NCBI GenBank assembly: GCA_016932415.1
Contig: JAFGCX010000034.1
Coordinates: 9,002-73,001 of the forward strand
Reading direction: 5' to 3'
DNA: 64,000 nt
Source of the DNA: Candidatus Krumholzibacteriota bacterium
Lineage (GTDB): Bacteria > Krumholzibacteriota > Krumholzibacteriia > Krumholzibacteriales > Krumholzibacteriaceae
The notes beneath the pieces were generated by a model that worked only from the letters and a program-made list of their open reading frames with translations, was not told where the DNA came from and ran no database searches. The position numbers were made by a program, and so were the translations under genes. Below, piece after piece: positions 1 through 10,441 of this stretch (positions are counted from its first letter, which is position 1; each line of letters opens with the position of its first letter).

Positions 1-1
1 C

Positions 2-418
2 TTCTATTCAGTCTATACGCTTTGCGTAATGCCTTTCGGCATGCTATCGGACAGGATAGGGAGAAAACCGGTCATCCTCGCCGGATATTCTGTTTTCGCC
101 CTTACTTCAGCCGGATTGATATTTACTTCCAGTCTCGAAGCGATAGTCGTTTTCTTTATCGTCTACGGATTTTTCTACGCGATGATCGACGGCGTCCAGA
201 GAGCTTACGTGGCTGACCTCGCTCCAGTGGAGTCAAGGGCGACGGCGCTGGGGATCTTCCATGCTTCTATCGGCCTGATAGCTCTTCCCGGCGGATTTCT
301 CGCTGGTTTTATCTGGGACAGAACCGGTCCGGAAGGGACTTTTCTATACGGCCTGATATCGAGCCTCGTGGCGATCATCCTTTTCCTCTTTGTCAGGGAT
401 GAAAAGGAAGTAATCTGA
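2..418 (+). CDS. MFS transporter, C-terminal part (5' end outside window)
   Basis: Frame is open from the window start; hydrophobic TM segments and typical MFS C-terminal motifs (LAPVESRATALGIF, GGFLAGFIWD); stop at 416-418. Confidence 0.7.
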   Translation, partial: FYSVYTLCVMPFGMLSDRIGRKPVILAGYSVFALTSAGLIFTSSLEAIVVFFIVYGFFYAMIDGVQRAYVADLAPVESRATALGIFHASIGLIALPGGFLAGFIWDRTGPEGTFLYGLISSLVAIILFLFVRDEKEVI

Positions 419-605
419 AGTCTTCATCAGCTCAGTTTCGCCGATCAGGGACAACGGTCGGATGAATCTCCGCGCCGGAAAAACCGGATGAATTTCATTG
501 AATAAATATATGCCGGATGATATAAAGACACATTGACCGGTTGTCGTGCGGGGGGAGTAAATCAACTGTATCCGTTTATCCGGGGGATGAAGTGGGAGGA
601 AGGAA

Positions 606-1691
606 TTGAAAAAGACGAAATCCAGCGCCAGGGCAAAACAGGGAAAAAGCCCGGTGGAATCTGATAACAGGGAAAAAGCGATAGAGCTCGCTGTCGACCA
701 GATCGAGAAACAGTTCGGACAGGGTTCCATCATGCGGCTCGGAGAAGAAGGCGCTATCGCGGAGATAGAGGCTATTCCTACCGGATCCCTCGCGCTCGAT
801 ATCGCGCTTGGTATCGGGGGAGTGCCCAGGGGAAGGGTCATCGAGATCTACGGGCCTGAGGGCTCGGGGAAAACGACGCTTACCTGTTCGATAATCGCCA
901 ACGCGCAACGCATGGGCGGAGTCGCCGCTTTCATTGACGCCGAACATGCTCTCGATATAGGTTACACGAGGAAGATCGGAGTGGATGTCGATAATCTCCT
1001 CATATCGCAGCCAGATACCGGAGAACAGGCTCTCGAGATCGCAGAAGTCCTGATCCGAAGCAACGCCATAGATGTAGTAGTGATCGATTCGGTCGCTGCT
1101 CTCGTCCCTTCGGCGGAGATCGAAGGCCAGATGGGGGATACGCATGTCGGGTTGCAGGCGAGATTGATGTCCCAGGCGCTCAGGAAGATATCGGGCGCCG
1201 TATCGAAGTCAAACACAACGATGATATTCACCAACCAGATCAGGATGAAGATAGGAGTACTGTTCGGAAATCCTGAGACGACTCCCGGCGGAAACGCGCT
1301 GAAATTCTATTCCACTGTCAGGATGGATATAAGGAGGATCGGCCAGATCAAGGACCGTGACGCGATCATCGGTAATAATACAAGGGTAAAAGTGGTCAAG
1401 AACAAGGTCGCCGCTCCTTTCAGGCAGGCTGAATTCGAGATATTATTCGGCGAAGGAATAAGCTATGAGAGTGATCTTATAGAACTCGGCGTCGCGTCGG
1501 GGATATTGACGAAGATGGGAAGCTGGTATTCCTTCGGGGAGACGAGGTTGGGCCAGGGAAAGGATAATACCAGGATATTCATGAAGGAAAACAGCGATAT
1601 CAAGCGAGAGATAGAGGAGAGTGTATGGGCTCATTACGGCGTCGGACGACCCGGCGGACCGGCAAAACCGGAAGGTGATTCGATCGAATAG
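606..1691 (+). CDS. recA: Recombinase RecA
   Basis: Unmistakable RecA sequence ([16 protein letters not shown], Walker [11 protein letters not shown], full length about 360 aa); TTG start preceded by GGGAGGAAGG RBS. Confidence 0.95.
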   Translation: MKKTKSSARAKQGKSPVESDNREKAIELAVDQIEKQFGQGSIMRLGEEGAIAEIEAIPTGSLALDIALGIGGVPRGRVIEIYGPEGSGKTTLTCSIIANAQRMGGVAAFIDAEHALDIGYTRKIGVDVDNLLISQPDTGEQALEIAEVLIRSNAIDVVVIDSVAALVPSAEIEGQMGDTHVGLQARLMSQALRKISGAVSKSNTTMIFTNQIRMKIGVLFGNPETTPGGNALKFYSTVRMDIRRIGQIKDRDAIIGNNTRVKVVKNKVAAPFRQAEFEILFGEGISYESDLIELGVASGILTKMGSWYSFGETRLGQGKDNTRIFMKENSDIKREIEESVWAHYGVGRPGGPAKPEGDSIE

Positions 1692-2337
1692 AGAGTCCGA
1701 AGAAGTAGTCGATATCCGCAGGAAAACCGGTAAGCTGAGGGTCCTGATCACATCCGCGGAGCACCGGTATCTTATCCTAGATCAGCCCGGAAACGAGGAA
1801 TATTTCGAGAAAGGGGCCGTTCTGGGCCCGAAGCAGCTTGAGGAGCTTGAATCGAGAGTCGCCCGGGAAGCAGGGCTTGTTCTTGCGTATAATCTTCTGT
1901 CAAGACGCGATCGCAGCGTGATGGAGATAGAGAGAGCCCTCGCTGATGAAAATATAGAAAAACGGGAAGTAATCGATTATATTGTTGAAACTCTGCGGCG
2001 TCATGGCTACCTCAATGACCGCCGCCTGGCCTCGGGTTTCGTGGAGTACAGGAAAAAACACAGACCCGCGGGTCCTGGTCTGATCAGGAAGAAATTGAGG
2101 GAAGCGGGGATCGATGAAGAGATCATCGATATGGAAGTCGAGAGGAATTTCCCGGAAAACGAAGAGAAAAAAACAGCTTTCCAGCTTGCGGAGAAGAAAC
2201 TGGCCTCGATGAGGGGTGTTGAAAGGGAAGCTTCTGTTCGACGGTTGAACGGATTTCTGACAAGAAAGGGATTTTCACGATCGGTCATCAATGAGATCTG
2301 CGCCCGCGTTTTGAAAAAAGAGACTTTTGGAGAATAA
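1621..2337 (+). CDS. recX: Regulatory protein RecX
   Basis: Directly downstream of recA; three-repeat helical RecX-like sequence ([23 protein letters not shown]..., [17 protein letters not shown]); no canonical start between the recA stop and conserved RecX residues, so the start appears to lie inside recA (about 70-nt overlap). Confidence 0.75.
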   Translation: MYGLITASDDPADRQNRKVIRSNRESEEVVDIRRKTGKLRVLITSAEHRYLILDQPGNEEYFEKGAVLGPKQLEELESRVAREAGLVLAYNLLSRRDRSVMEIERALADENIEKREVIDYIVETLRRHGYLNDRRLASGFVEYRKKHRPAGPGLIRKKLREAGIDEEIIDMEVERNFPENEEKKTAFQLAEKKLASMRGVEREASVRRLNGFLTRKGFSRSVINEICARVLKKETFGE

Positions 2338-2339
2338 AT

Positions 2340-5021
2340 ATGAACAGTAATGTCAGGACGGCACATCAGATCAGGAAAGCATACGTCGATTTTTTTCTGG
2401 AAAGAGGACATACGAGAGTCCCGGGCGCTCCACTTGTTCCCAAGGGAGACCCCACCCTGCTCTTTACGTCGGCCGGCATGGTCCAGTTCAAGGATTTCTA
2501 TCTTCAACCGGACAACCTTCCCTATACGAGGGCTGTCTCAGTCCAGAAATGCCTGCGTGCCGGGGATCTTGAAAGTGTTGGAAAGACGCTTCGTCATCAT
2601 ACCTTTTTCGAGATGCTGGGAAATTTCAGCTTCGGCGATTATTTCAAGAAAGAAGCGATATCCTGGGCTTGGGAGTTTGTGACGGAGATCCTCCGGATTC
2701 CCGAAGAAAGACTCTATATCAGTATATATGAAGATGATGACGAGGCTTTTGCCCTGTGGAACAAAGATGCCGGAGTACCGGCCGCAAAGATAGTAAGGCT
2801 CGGGAAAAAAGACAACTTCTGGGGCCCTGTCGGCAAGACCGGCGTCTGTGGCCCGTGTTCCGAGATCTATTACGATGCCGGAGAGGAAAAGGGATGCGGC
2901 AGCGATGATTGTGCTCCGGGCTGCGAGTGCGACAGGTATCTTGAATTCTGGAATCTTGTCTTTCCGCAGTTTTTCCTTGAAGAGGACGGGAATCTCCGGC
3001 CGCTGGAAAAACCGGGGATAGATACCGGGGCGGGACTTGAACGGATTGCGATGATCATGCAGGGAGTCGAGGATAATTTCCATACTGACCTGTTCGCTCC
3101 GATCACGAGAGCTGTGGTCGAAAGGCTTCCGGAAGGAAGCGTGGCCTGTCCCGAAGATATGATGGATATAAATATGATCGCCGATCATGCCAGGGCCCTG
3201 ACATTCACTATAGCGGAGGGTATATACCCGGCAAACGAGGGACGGGGATATCTCCTGCGAAGAATACTCAGGCGAGCCCTGACCAGGCTGCATCTTTTCG
3301 GAGTAAACGAACCTTTCCTCAACGGGCTTGTCGGGGATATCATTTCGGTGATGAGGGATGATTACCCCGATCTTCAGCAACACTGCGGTGATATTGAAAA
3401 GATAGTGAGATCTGAAGAAGAAAGCTTCTTCAGGACGCTGGAGGATGGCCGGGGAAGATTCAGCTCCATTGTCCTCGAGGTGTCTTCAGAAGGCAGCAGG
3501 GTGATAGACGGACAGCGAGCTTTTCTTCTCTACGATACGTATGGATTTCCCCTCGAGTTGACTGTCGCGCTGGCTGCAAGGGAGGGGATGACGGTCGATG
3601 AGGAAGGATTTTCGGCGGCAATGAATGAGCAGAGAAAAAGAGCTCAGAAAAGCAGCAGTTTTTCATCCGGGGAATCGGTCATCGTGACGATGACGAATGT
3701 TTCGGAAGGAGAAACTTCGGTTTTTACGGGATACGAAAAGACTGAAGAGGAAGCGGCAGTAAGATCTTTCCGTGAGATCGAAAAAAAGGAACGCGCCGAT
3801 ATAACCTGGTCGGATATTTCAGGAAAGGGTTGGGAAATCGTCTTCGACAGGACCCCTTTCTACGCGACATCGGGAGGCCAGATGGCCGATCGCGGAACTG
3901 TCGGGATCGCCGGGCATACTCTTGAAGTGATGGATGTCTTTAAACGGGGCGGAGAAATAATTCATCTGGTCGAGTCCCCCAGGAAAGGATTTGACCTGGC
4001 GAAGGACCTTGAAAAGGGCCACGGCGCCAGGCTGATGATCGATCTGTCCTGGAGAAAAGCGACAGAAGGAAATCATACAACGACTCACCTGCTTCACGCC
4101 GCCTTGAAGAAAATCGTCGGAACCCATGTCGCCCAGGCCGGATCGAGCGTTGACGGGGAGAGGCTGAGATTCGATTTCAGCCACTACCGACCTTTGACAA
4201 GCGAAGAAAAACGTTCTGTCGAGAAGACGGTCAACAGGTGGATCTCTGAAGCTCACCAGGTAAGGACCGAAATAATGTCGTATCAGGAAGCCCTGAAGAG
4301 CGATGTAGTCGCGTTGTTCGACGAAAAATACGGAGATACGGTGAGAGTCGTAAGGACAGGTGATATCTCGGCAGAACTCTGCGGTGGGACTCATATCGAC
4401 AACACTGGCCGAATAGGGTTGTTTCTCATACTTTCCGAGAGCAGCGTCGCGGCAGGCGTAAGAAGGATAGAAGGAGTCACTGGAGAGGCCGCCATAAGAT
4501 ATATGCATGAGGTTTTCGATCGCGATGAGTCTGTCGCGGGGTTGTTAAAGGTCTCTCCTTCTGATATGATGGCAAGGGTCTCTTCGATCCTTTCCGAGAT
4601 CGATGAGATGAAAAGGGAGATAAAGAAACTTCAGAGCGGCGAAACGGGCGGAGAGATGGAAAAGATAATCCAGTCGGCTGCCGTTGTTGAAGGGATCCGT
4701 ATCGCGTCGGGAAGGATCAATGTCAGGGAGAGCGGGGACCTCAGGAACCAGGCTGATATATTCAGAAGCAGGGTCGCGTCCGGCGTCGGGGTGTTTTCAT
4801 GCCCCCAGAAGGGGAAGATGCAGTTCGTGATCACCGTTACCGACGATCTTCTGAAGAAGGGGATCGAGGCTGGACTTCTTGTTCAGGCGCTCGGAGAGAT
4901 CGCGGGCGGTGGCGGAGGTGGGAAGAAACACCTCGCCCAGCTGGGAACGAAAGAGATGGAGAGCGAAAAAAAGGTTTTTGAAGCACTCCCCGGGGTTGTT
5001 AAAAAACTGCTTTCAGATTAA
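2340..5021 (+). CDS. alaS: Alanine--tRNA ligase
   Basis: 893 aa; AlaRS N-terminal catalytic motifs (FLERGHTRVPGAPLVP, TSAGMVQFKDFYL, FFEMLGNFSFGDYFK), editing-domain HxxxH (TTHLLHAAL), C-terminal DHHA1-like GGGGGG motif. Confidence 0.95.
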   Translation: MNSNVRTAHQIRKAYVDFFLERGHTRVPGAPLVPKGDPTLLFTSAGMVQFKDFYLQPDNLPYTRAVSVQKCLRAGDLESVGKTLRHHTFFEMLGNFSFGDYFKKEAISWAWEFVTEILRIPEERLYISIYEDDDEAFALWNKDAGVPAAKIVRLGKKDNFWGPVGKTGVCGPCSEIYYDAGEEKGCGSDDCAPGCECDRYLEFWNLVFPQFFLEEDGNLRPLEKPGIDTGAGLERIAMIMQGVEDNFHTDLFAPITRAVVERLPEGSVACPEDMMDINMIADHARALTFTIAEGIYPANEGRGYLLRRILRRALTRLHLFGVNEPFLNGLVGDIISVMRDDYPDLQQHCGDIEKIVRSEEESFFRTLEDGRGRFSSIVLEVSSEGSRVIDGQRAFLLYDTYGFPLELTVALAAREGMTVDEEGFSAAMNEQRKRAQKSSSFSSGESVIVTMTNVSEGETSVFTGYEKTEEEAAVRSFREIEKKERADITWSDISGKGWEIVFDRTPFYATSGGQMADRGTVGIAGHTLEVMDVFKRGGEIIHLVESPRKGFDLAKDLEKGHGARLMIDLSWRKATEGNHTTTHLLHAALKKIVGTHVAQAGSSVDGERLRFDFSHYRPLTSEEKRSVEKTVNRWISEAHQVRTEIMSYQEALKSDVVALFDEKYGDTVRVVRTGDISAELCGGTHIDNTGRIGLFLILSESSVAAGVRRIEGVTGEAAIRYMHEVFDRDESVAGLLKVSPSDMMARVSSILSEIDEMKREIKKLQSGETGGEMEKIIQSAAVVEGIRIASGRINVRESGDLRNQADIFRSRVASGVGVFSCPQKGKMQFVITVTDDLLKKGIEAGLLVQALGEIAGGGGGGKKHLAQLGTKEMESEKKVFEALPGVVKKLLSD

Positions 5022-5031
5022 GGAAAAAATC

Positions 5032-6498
5032 ATGCGTTATCTGAATCGATATCCCGTTCTGTTTTTAATACTGGTACTGTTGATACCTTCCGTTCCGGCA
5101 TCGACACAGATAACCGGAAAGAATCTTCTGGCGGAATCAACGGGGAACGTGGCGGGAGAAGATGGCCGCGACCAGACGGGTAACCAGGCTCTCGTGTCAC
5201 AGCAGTATCTCGAAAAAGCGATCGATCCCGATGAATACGTACTCGGTCCGAATGATATGATCATTATCAACCTGGTCGGTCCCGATCAAAGATTTTTCAG
5301 GCTTTCGGTCCTGCCGGAAGGATATGTCTTCATTCCCGGGATAGGCGCGCTTGGCGCGGATGGCCTGACGCTGACCGATTTTCGTAAAAAACTCGAAGCC
5401 GAAGCGGACCGTTATTTTCACAATATAAGTGTCTTCTGTTATCTTCTTGTCCCACGGAGATTCAGAGTCTTCGTCACAGGTGAAGTCGGAAAACCTGGAG
5501 CCGTGGAGATCTCGGCAGTGGAAAGAGTATCCGACGCGGTGGAAAAAGCCGGCAGCATACTTACTGATGGGTCCAACAGAGAAGTGATCCTCGAGAGGGA
5601 AGGCAGGAAGATCAAAGTCGATGTCCTGAGGTTCCTGATGATGGGCGAATTTAAAAGCAACCCGTTTCTTTCAAATGGAGACAGGATCCATGTGCCGGTG
5701 GCAAAGAGCCATGTCGTGATCAGGGGAAGCGTCAAAAAACCCGGTGTTTATGAACTTGTCACCGGTGAAACCGTAGACGATATGATAGCACTCGCCGGTG
5801 GCCTTTCGGGAGAGGCCGTCTCAGACACGATCCTTCTCAGCAGGGTCATGGAGGATGGGACTGTTTCCACCTTTGCCATCCCAGAATCGGAATTCGACGA
5901 TGCCCTGCTCCGGGACAGAGATGAGATCAATGTGATGGACGGGATGATCGGGACCAGCCGGGTATATGTCTTTGGAGCCACGACAAAGACCGGTCATTAT
6001 TTTATTACCGAAGGAGAGAGGCTGGCCGAACTGGTAGGCAGGATCGGCAGATTTGACGCTGATGCCGATCTTGGAGCGGCGTCGATCGAACGAAGCGATG
6101 GCGAGATAATAAGGCTGGACCTTAAGGAATATATTCCACCTTCCTCAAAGACGGGAATATCCCTAAGAGATGGAGATATGCTTCACATCCCGAAGATCAG
6201 TATGATGGTCGCAGTGGGAGGCGAGGTACAGTTACCGGGGAGATTCCCCTATGAAGGGGACTGGACAGTCGCTCAGTATGTCGGTCTGGCCGGTGGGCCG
6301 ACGGGGAACGGCAGCATCGACAGGGTCGTGATATATTCACCCGACGGTCGATCGAGAGCCGGGGACAGGAACACCCGCCCGAACAGGGGCGACATAATAA
6401 TCGTGAAACGATCGAAATCAAGCATATTCGGCGGATTCTTCGATATGTTCGTCAGAGTCGGTACCGTCGTCGTGACGATGATAGTATTGACAAGATGA
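5032..6498 (+). CDS. Polysaccharide biosynthesis/export protein (Wza-like, Poly_export + SLBB domains)
   Basis: ATG at 5032 after AAGGAAAAAA RBS; N-terminal signal peptide (MRYLNRYPVLFLILVLLIPSVPAS); Poly_export-like motif (GPNDMIIINLVGPDQ...IPGIGALGADGLTLTDFRKKLE) plus repeated SLBB-like segments. The 4879 ORF start in the track is an out-of-context extension into alaS. Confidence 0.7.
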   Translation: MRYLNRYPVLFLILVLLIPSVPASTQITGKNLLAESTGNVAGEDGRDQTGNQALVSQQYLEKAIDPDEYVLGPNDMIIINLVGPDQRFFRLSVLPEGYVFIPGIGALGADGLTLTDFRKKLEAEADRYFHNISVFCYLLVPRRFRVFVTGEVGKPGAVEISAVERVSDAVEKAGSILTDGSNREVILEREGRKIKVDVLRFLMMGEFKSNPFLSNGDRIHVPVAKSHVVIRGSVKKPGVYELVTGETVDDMIALAGGLSGEAVSDTILLSRVMEDGTVSTFAIPESEFDDALLRDRDEINVMDGMIGTSRVYVFGATTKTGHYFITEGERLAELVGRIGRFDADADLGAASIERSDGEIIRLDLKEYIPPSSKTGISLRDGDMLHIPKISMMVAVGGEVQLPGRFPYEGDWTVAQYVGLAGGPTGNGSIDRVVIYSPDGRSRAGDRNTRPNRGDIIIVKRSKSSIFGGFFDMFVRVGTVVVTMIVLTR

Positions 6499-6529
6499 AT
6501 TAACCAGTAGGGAGAAACGGTTTATCTGA

Positions 6530-7129
6530 ATGGATGATAATTATTTGAAACAGGTCGTCTTGGAGCTTGACGCTCTGAGAGGGATTCTTGAAGAGTTTCC
6601 CGAAGAGGAAAAGAAAAAAATAGTGAGCATGGCTGAAGTAATGGCTGGCGCGATAAGCAGGGAAAAGGTCGTTTTTACAGCGGGAAACGGAGGCAGCGCT
6701 GCCGATGCGATGCATATTGCGGGAGAACTGGTAGGAAGGTTCCGTAGAAAGAAGATCAAGGGGTATAAGGCTATTTCGCTGACGGTCAATTCATCTGTCG
6801 TCACGGCTCTGGCCAATGATTATTCATATGACGATGTCTTTTCCAAGCAACTGGAGAGTATGGGAAGCGAGGGGGATGTGCTTCTTCTGCTCTCGACCAG
6901 CGGTAATTCTCCAAACGCGGTGAAAGCAGTGGAGATGGCTGACACGCTCGGTATGGTATCGCTTGCCTTCACCGGCGGAGACGGTGGAGTTCTGGCGAAG
7001 ATCTCAAAGATCGCGCTGACCGTACCGGATAACGATTTTGCCAGGATTCAGGAAGTGCACATGGTCGCCGGACATATTCTTTGCGGGCTTGTCGAGGATA
7101 TGCTGGTAAACGGAAAAAACGCGCGATGA
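6530..7129 (+). CDS. gmhA: D-sedoheptulose 7-phosphate isomerase (phosphoheptose isomerase, SIS domain)
   Basis: SIS-domain signature GNGGSAADAMHIAGE, LLLLSTSGNSPNAV; length 199 aa typical of GmhA. Confidence 0.85.
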   Translation: MDDNYLKQVVLELDALRGILEEFPEEEKKKIVSMAEVMAGAISREKVVFTAGNGGSAADAMHIAGELVGRFRRKKIKGYKAISLTVNSSVVTALANDYSYDDVFSKQLESMGSEGDVLLLLSTSGNSPNAVKAVEMADTLGMVSLAFTGGDGGVLAKISKIALTVPDNDFARIQEVHMVAGHILCGLVEDMLVNGKNAR

Positions 7130-7136
7130 GGGTAGT

Positions 7137-8027
7137 ATGAGAACTGTCTGGAATATTATAATTACGATAAGGCCGAAGCAGTGGACTAAAAACCTTCTTC
7201 TCTTTGCCGGCGTCCTCTTCTCAAAATCGTTCACCGATCTTTCCCTCGTATGGAAAAGTTTCACCGGTTTTATGATCTTCTGCGCCCTTTCGGGAGCGAT
7301 CTATATAATCAACGATATCTTCGATCATGACAGGGACAGGGAGCATCCTTCAAAAAAGACCAGGCCGATAGCCTCGGGAGCGCTGGGCCGCGCGACAGCC
7401 TCTTTGACGGCGGCCCTGATGATCTCGGTAGCGCTCCCTTTGTCGTGGATGCTCGGGTTCGAATTTTTCATTTACGCGGTCGGTTTTGTCCTTGTCAACG
7501 GCCTTTATTCTATCTTGTTAAGGGATGTCGTAATACTTGACGTGATAGCGATCAGTTTCAGTTTTCTTATCAGGGCGGGAGCGGGAGTAGTAGTCCTTCA
7601 TACTGCCATACCAGACCTGGAGTTTTCTCCCTGGCTGTGGATATGTACTCTTTTCCTCTCTCTTTTTCTGGCCATCTGCAAGAGACTCAATGAATTCTCG
7701 AATCTGACCAGCGCGGGCGAGCACAGGCGTTCGTTGAAGGAATATTCCGGACAATTGCTTGACCAGCTCGTCGGGATGTCAGCCACGGCGGCGATGATGT
7801 CTTATTCGATATACACTGTGTGGCCATCCACGGTCTCCAAATTCGGTACTAGAAATCTAGTCTATACGATCCCATTTGTCGTGTTCGGAATAATGCGGTA
7901 CCTCTTTCTTGTCTACAACCGGCACGAGGGAGGTGATCCGTCGGGAGTTCTTCTGACGGAAAAAGCTATAATAATAGATGTTTTTTTATGGTTTGTTACG
8001 ACCCTTGTAATAATCGTGATGGCCTAG
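7137..8027 (+). CDS. UbiA-family prenyltransferase, decaprenyl-phosphate phosphoribosyltransferase (DPPR synthase)-like
   Basis: Polytopic membrane protein; N-terminal KQWTKNLLLFAG and first Asp-rich motif NDIFDHDRDREHPSKKTRPIASG, resembling the NDxxDxxxD...HPxK..RPxAsG pattern of Rv3806c-type enzymes. Confidence 0.65.
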   Translation: MRTVWNIIITIRPKQWTKNLLLFAGVLFSKSFTDLSLVWKSFTGFMIFCALSGAIYIINDIFDHDRDREHPSKKTRPIASGALGRATASLTAALMISVALPLSWMLGFEFFIYAVGFVLVNGLYSILLRDVVILDVIAISFSFLIRAGAGVVVLHTAIPDLEFSPWLWICTLFLSLFLAICKRLNEFSNLTSAGEHRRSLKEYSGQLLDQLVGMSATAAMMSYSIYTVWPSTVSKFGTRNLVYTIPFVVFGIMRYLFLVYNRHEGGDPSGVLLTEKAIIIDVFLWFVTTLVIIVMA

Positions 8028-8075
8028 GAAATATCTGAATCGCTTTAAAGATCGATATTAAAGGAGGTTGACGCG

Positions 8076-9152
8076 ATGGCATCGAAGGTCGCGATTCTAA
8101 AGACTGCTCCGGAAACGGTAGTTGACGATTATCATCGCGTGATGGAACTGGCCGATGCCGGAAAATTCCTTTCAGCCGAAAGAGACCTGCTGATAAAACT
8201 CAATCTGTCCTGGACAAAATATTATCCGGCCTGTTCCAGCCAGCCGTGGCAGCTCGACGGAGTTCTTGGCGATCTTTTCAAGAGGGGATACCGAAAGGAG
8301 CAGATCCACCCGATCGAAAACAAGACGGTGGTGACCAATCCGGGAAAAGGCGCGATCAATAATCTGTGGATGCCGATCCTGGAAAAGAACGGACTCCCCT
8401 TTATCGCTCTTCCCGGCGTCGAATGGGTAAGGTACGAGTTTAAATCCGAATTGCTGAAATTGAACGAGATCTTTCCCGATGGGATAATCATCCCGAAAAT
8501 GTTTGAAGGAAAGGATATCATCCACCTCCCGACCGTAAAGACGCACGGGCATTCCACGACGACCGGAGCGATAAAGAACTCATTCGGAGGCCTTCTTAAG
8601 GAAGTCAGGCATTACGCCCATAAATATATGCATGAAGTCCTTGTCGACCTTATGATGATGCAGAAAGAACTTCACCCGAATATCTTTGCAGTAATGGACG
8701 GGACTGTATGCGGCGATGGAGCAGGTCCCAGGACGATGGATCTTTTTGAGGGAAATATCATCCTGGCCAGCGGAGATTCGGTCGCGATCGACGCGGTCGC
8801 GGCAAAGATCATGGGTTTCGATCCGATGTCAATCGATTATATACGCTGGGCGACAGAGCGGGGTCTCGGAGAGGGCCGGATCGAGAATATCGAGATCGCC
8901 GGCGAGGACATAGGCCTGCTCAATTTTCATTTCCGGACAAAGAAGAGTTTTGTGATCTGGGGCGACCAGATGCTTCGGAAAGGAAAACTGAGATTCCTCG
9001 AGAAGATCTTCCTGCATTCTCCTCTCGTAGTGTGGGCCCCTATGGCCAGTAATATCTACCACGATTTTTTCTGGTATCCGACGATCGGACGGAGCAAGAT
9101 AAGACAATTCGACAGGACAAAATGGGGCGATCTCTGGAAGACCTACAGGTGA
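8076..9152 (+). CDS. DUF362-like hypothetical protein
   Basis: 358-aa soluble ORF with good RBS (AAAGGAGG); resemblance to DUF362 family is from memory of the family and not verified. Confidence 0.4.
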   Translation: MASKVAILKTAPETVVDDYHRVMELADAGKFLSAERDLLIKLNLSWTKYYPACSSQPWQLDGVLGDLFKRGYRKEQIHPIENKTVVTNPGKGAINNLWMPILEKNGLPFIALPGVEWVRYEFKSELLKLNEIFPDGIIIPKMFEGKDIIHLPTVKTHGHSTTTGAIKNSFGGLLKEVRHYAHKYMHEVLVDLMMMQKELHPNIFAVMDGTVCGDGAGPRTMDLFEGNIILASGDSVAIDAVAAKIMGFDPMSIDYIRWATERGLGEGRIENIEIAGEDIGLLNFHFRTKKSFVIWGDQMLRKGKLRFLEKIFLHSPLVVWAPMASNIYHDFFWYPTIGRSKIRQFDRTKWGDLWKTYR

Positions 9153-9204
9153 CCGGCTGTCATCGGGAAAGAGGACAGTTGTCTTCCGGCCCCGGGGAGG
9201 TGCT

Positions 9205-10098
9205 GTGATGAGTTCTGACGGGGTCTGCTCTGTGCTCGCTTCGGCGAAAATAAATCTATACCTTGAAGTGCTCGGCAGGCGCAATGACGGGTTTCACGAT
9301 ATCCTCACTTTTTTTCAGCCGGTTTCCCTTTATGACAGGTTGCGGTTCATAAAAGGGGAAGACAGGATAATCCTCAAAGGAGATGATGAATCGATTCCCT
9401 GGGACGAGAGTAATCTCTGCTGGAAAGCGGCCCGGGCGATCTTTAATAAGGCGGGATATAAGGGTGGCGTGAAGATAGAAGTGAGAAAATCGATTCCATC
9501 CGGTGCCGGCCTCGGTGGAGGCAGCAGTGACGCCGCGGCGGTTCTTTCAGGTCTTAACGAGATATTTCAATTCGGATTCGGTCATCAGGAGTTGCATCGT
9601 ATAGCATATGGTCTCGGGTCGGATGTGCCGTTTTTTCTCGGTGGCGGAGCGGCTGTGGGCAGGGGAAGGGGGGAGATCCTCGAGGCGAGGGAAGGCCTGG
9701 CGGGAGGCTGGATCATTATAGTCAAACCGCCAGTATCGGTTTCCACGCGATGGGCTTATGAAAACATTAAAATACTATTGACAAGGAAAGATGGGGAAGA
9801 TAGACTGAACCATCTGTTGGAGGGATTGAGAGAATTTCCGGATGCTGTTCGCGATACGGTCAACAGCTTTGAGGACCCTGTCGTGTCAAAGTACCCGGAG
9901 ATCGGTTCAATACTGAAGCTGTTAAAGGATGAAGGAGCAGTCCTGAGTGCGTTAAGCGGGAGCGGGGCTGCCTGTTTTGGTCTGTTCAGCGATGAAAGCA
10001 GAGTCAGGGAAGTAGAGTGCCTTTTGTTGGGAAAAGGTTACTTTGCAAAGATTACGCAACCTGTGGAGAAGACATTAAGACTCCTTGGAGAGGAGTAG
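9205..10098 (+). CDS. ispE: 4-diphosphocytidyl-2-C-methyl-D-erythritol kinase
   Basis: GHMP kinase motifs (KINLYLEV, PSGAGLGGGSSDAAA); length 297 aa. Confidence 0.9.
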   Translation: MMSSDGVCSVLASAKINLYLEVLGRRNDGFHDILTFFQPVSLYDRLRFIKGEDRIILKGDDESIPWDESNLCWKAARAIFNKAGYKGGVKIEVRKSIPSGAGLGGGSSDAAAVLSGLNEIFQFGFGHQELHRIAYGLGSDVPFFLGGGAAVGRGRGEILEAREGLAGGWIIIVKPPVSVSTRWAYENIKILLTRKDGEDRLNHLLEGLREFPDAVRDTVNSFEDPVVSKYPEIGSILKLLKDEGAVLSALSGSGAACFGLFSDESRVREVECLLLGKGYFAKITQPVEKTLRLLGEE

Positions 10099-10121
10099 AA
10101 AAGGAAATTCAGGGGGGCCAC

Positions 10122-10415
10122 ATGGATATCACCGAGATTAGGGTATCGTTGCGTGACGACAATAAGTTGAAAGCCTTTGCCAGTATTACGCTGGATAATT
10201 GTTTTGTCATCAGGGGCCTGAAGATTATCGAAGGGGCCAAGGGTGTATTTGTCGCCATGCCTAGCAGGAAACGTCCTGACGGGACTTACCAGGATGTAGC
10301 CCATCCGATCAATAATCAGACGAGAGACTGGATGGAGGAACAGATCGTCGAAGCGTATGAACGGGAAGTCGCTAAAGTCCAGGCAGAGGCCGGACTGGAG
10401 GTCTCTGAACCGTAA
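10122..10415 (+). CDS. spoVG: Septation protein SpoVG
   Basis: MDITEIRVSL...AFASITLDNCFVIRGLKIIEGAKGVFVAMPSRK is canonical SpoVG; ATG 10122 preceded by a G-rich RBS; the upstream part of the track ORF overlaps ispE and is not real. Confidence 0.9.
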   Translation: MDITEIRVSLRDDNKLKAFASITLDNCFVIRGLKIIEGAKGVFVAMPSRKRPDGTYQDVAHPINNQTRDWMEEQIVEAYEREVAKVQAEAGLEVSEP

Positions 10416-10441
10416 CAAAGTTATAGATCAATCCGGATTTT

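Noticed and set aside
344-1234. Minus-strand ORFs 344..841, 576..1145 and 962..1234
   Set aside because: Antisense to recA and its upstream region; no recognisable domains; recA on the + strand is unambiguous.
2538-4508. Minus-strand ORFs inside alaS (2538..3383, 3819..4508 and smaller)
   Set aside because: Antisense to a highly conserved aminoacyl-tRNA synthetase gene; no similarity to known proteins.
4879-5031. Upstream extension of the Wza-like ORF (track start 4879)
   Set aside because: It overlaps the 3' end of alaS in another frame and encodes Arg-rich junk. ATG 5032 follows a good RBS and begins a signal peptide.
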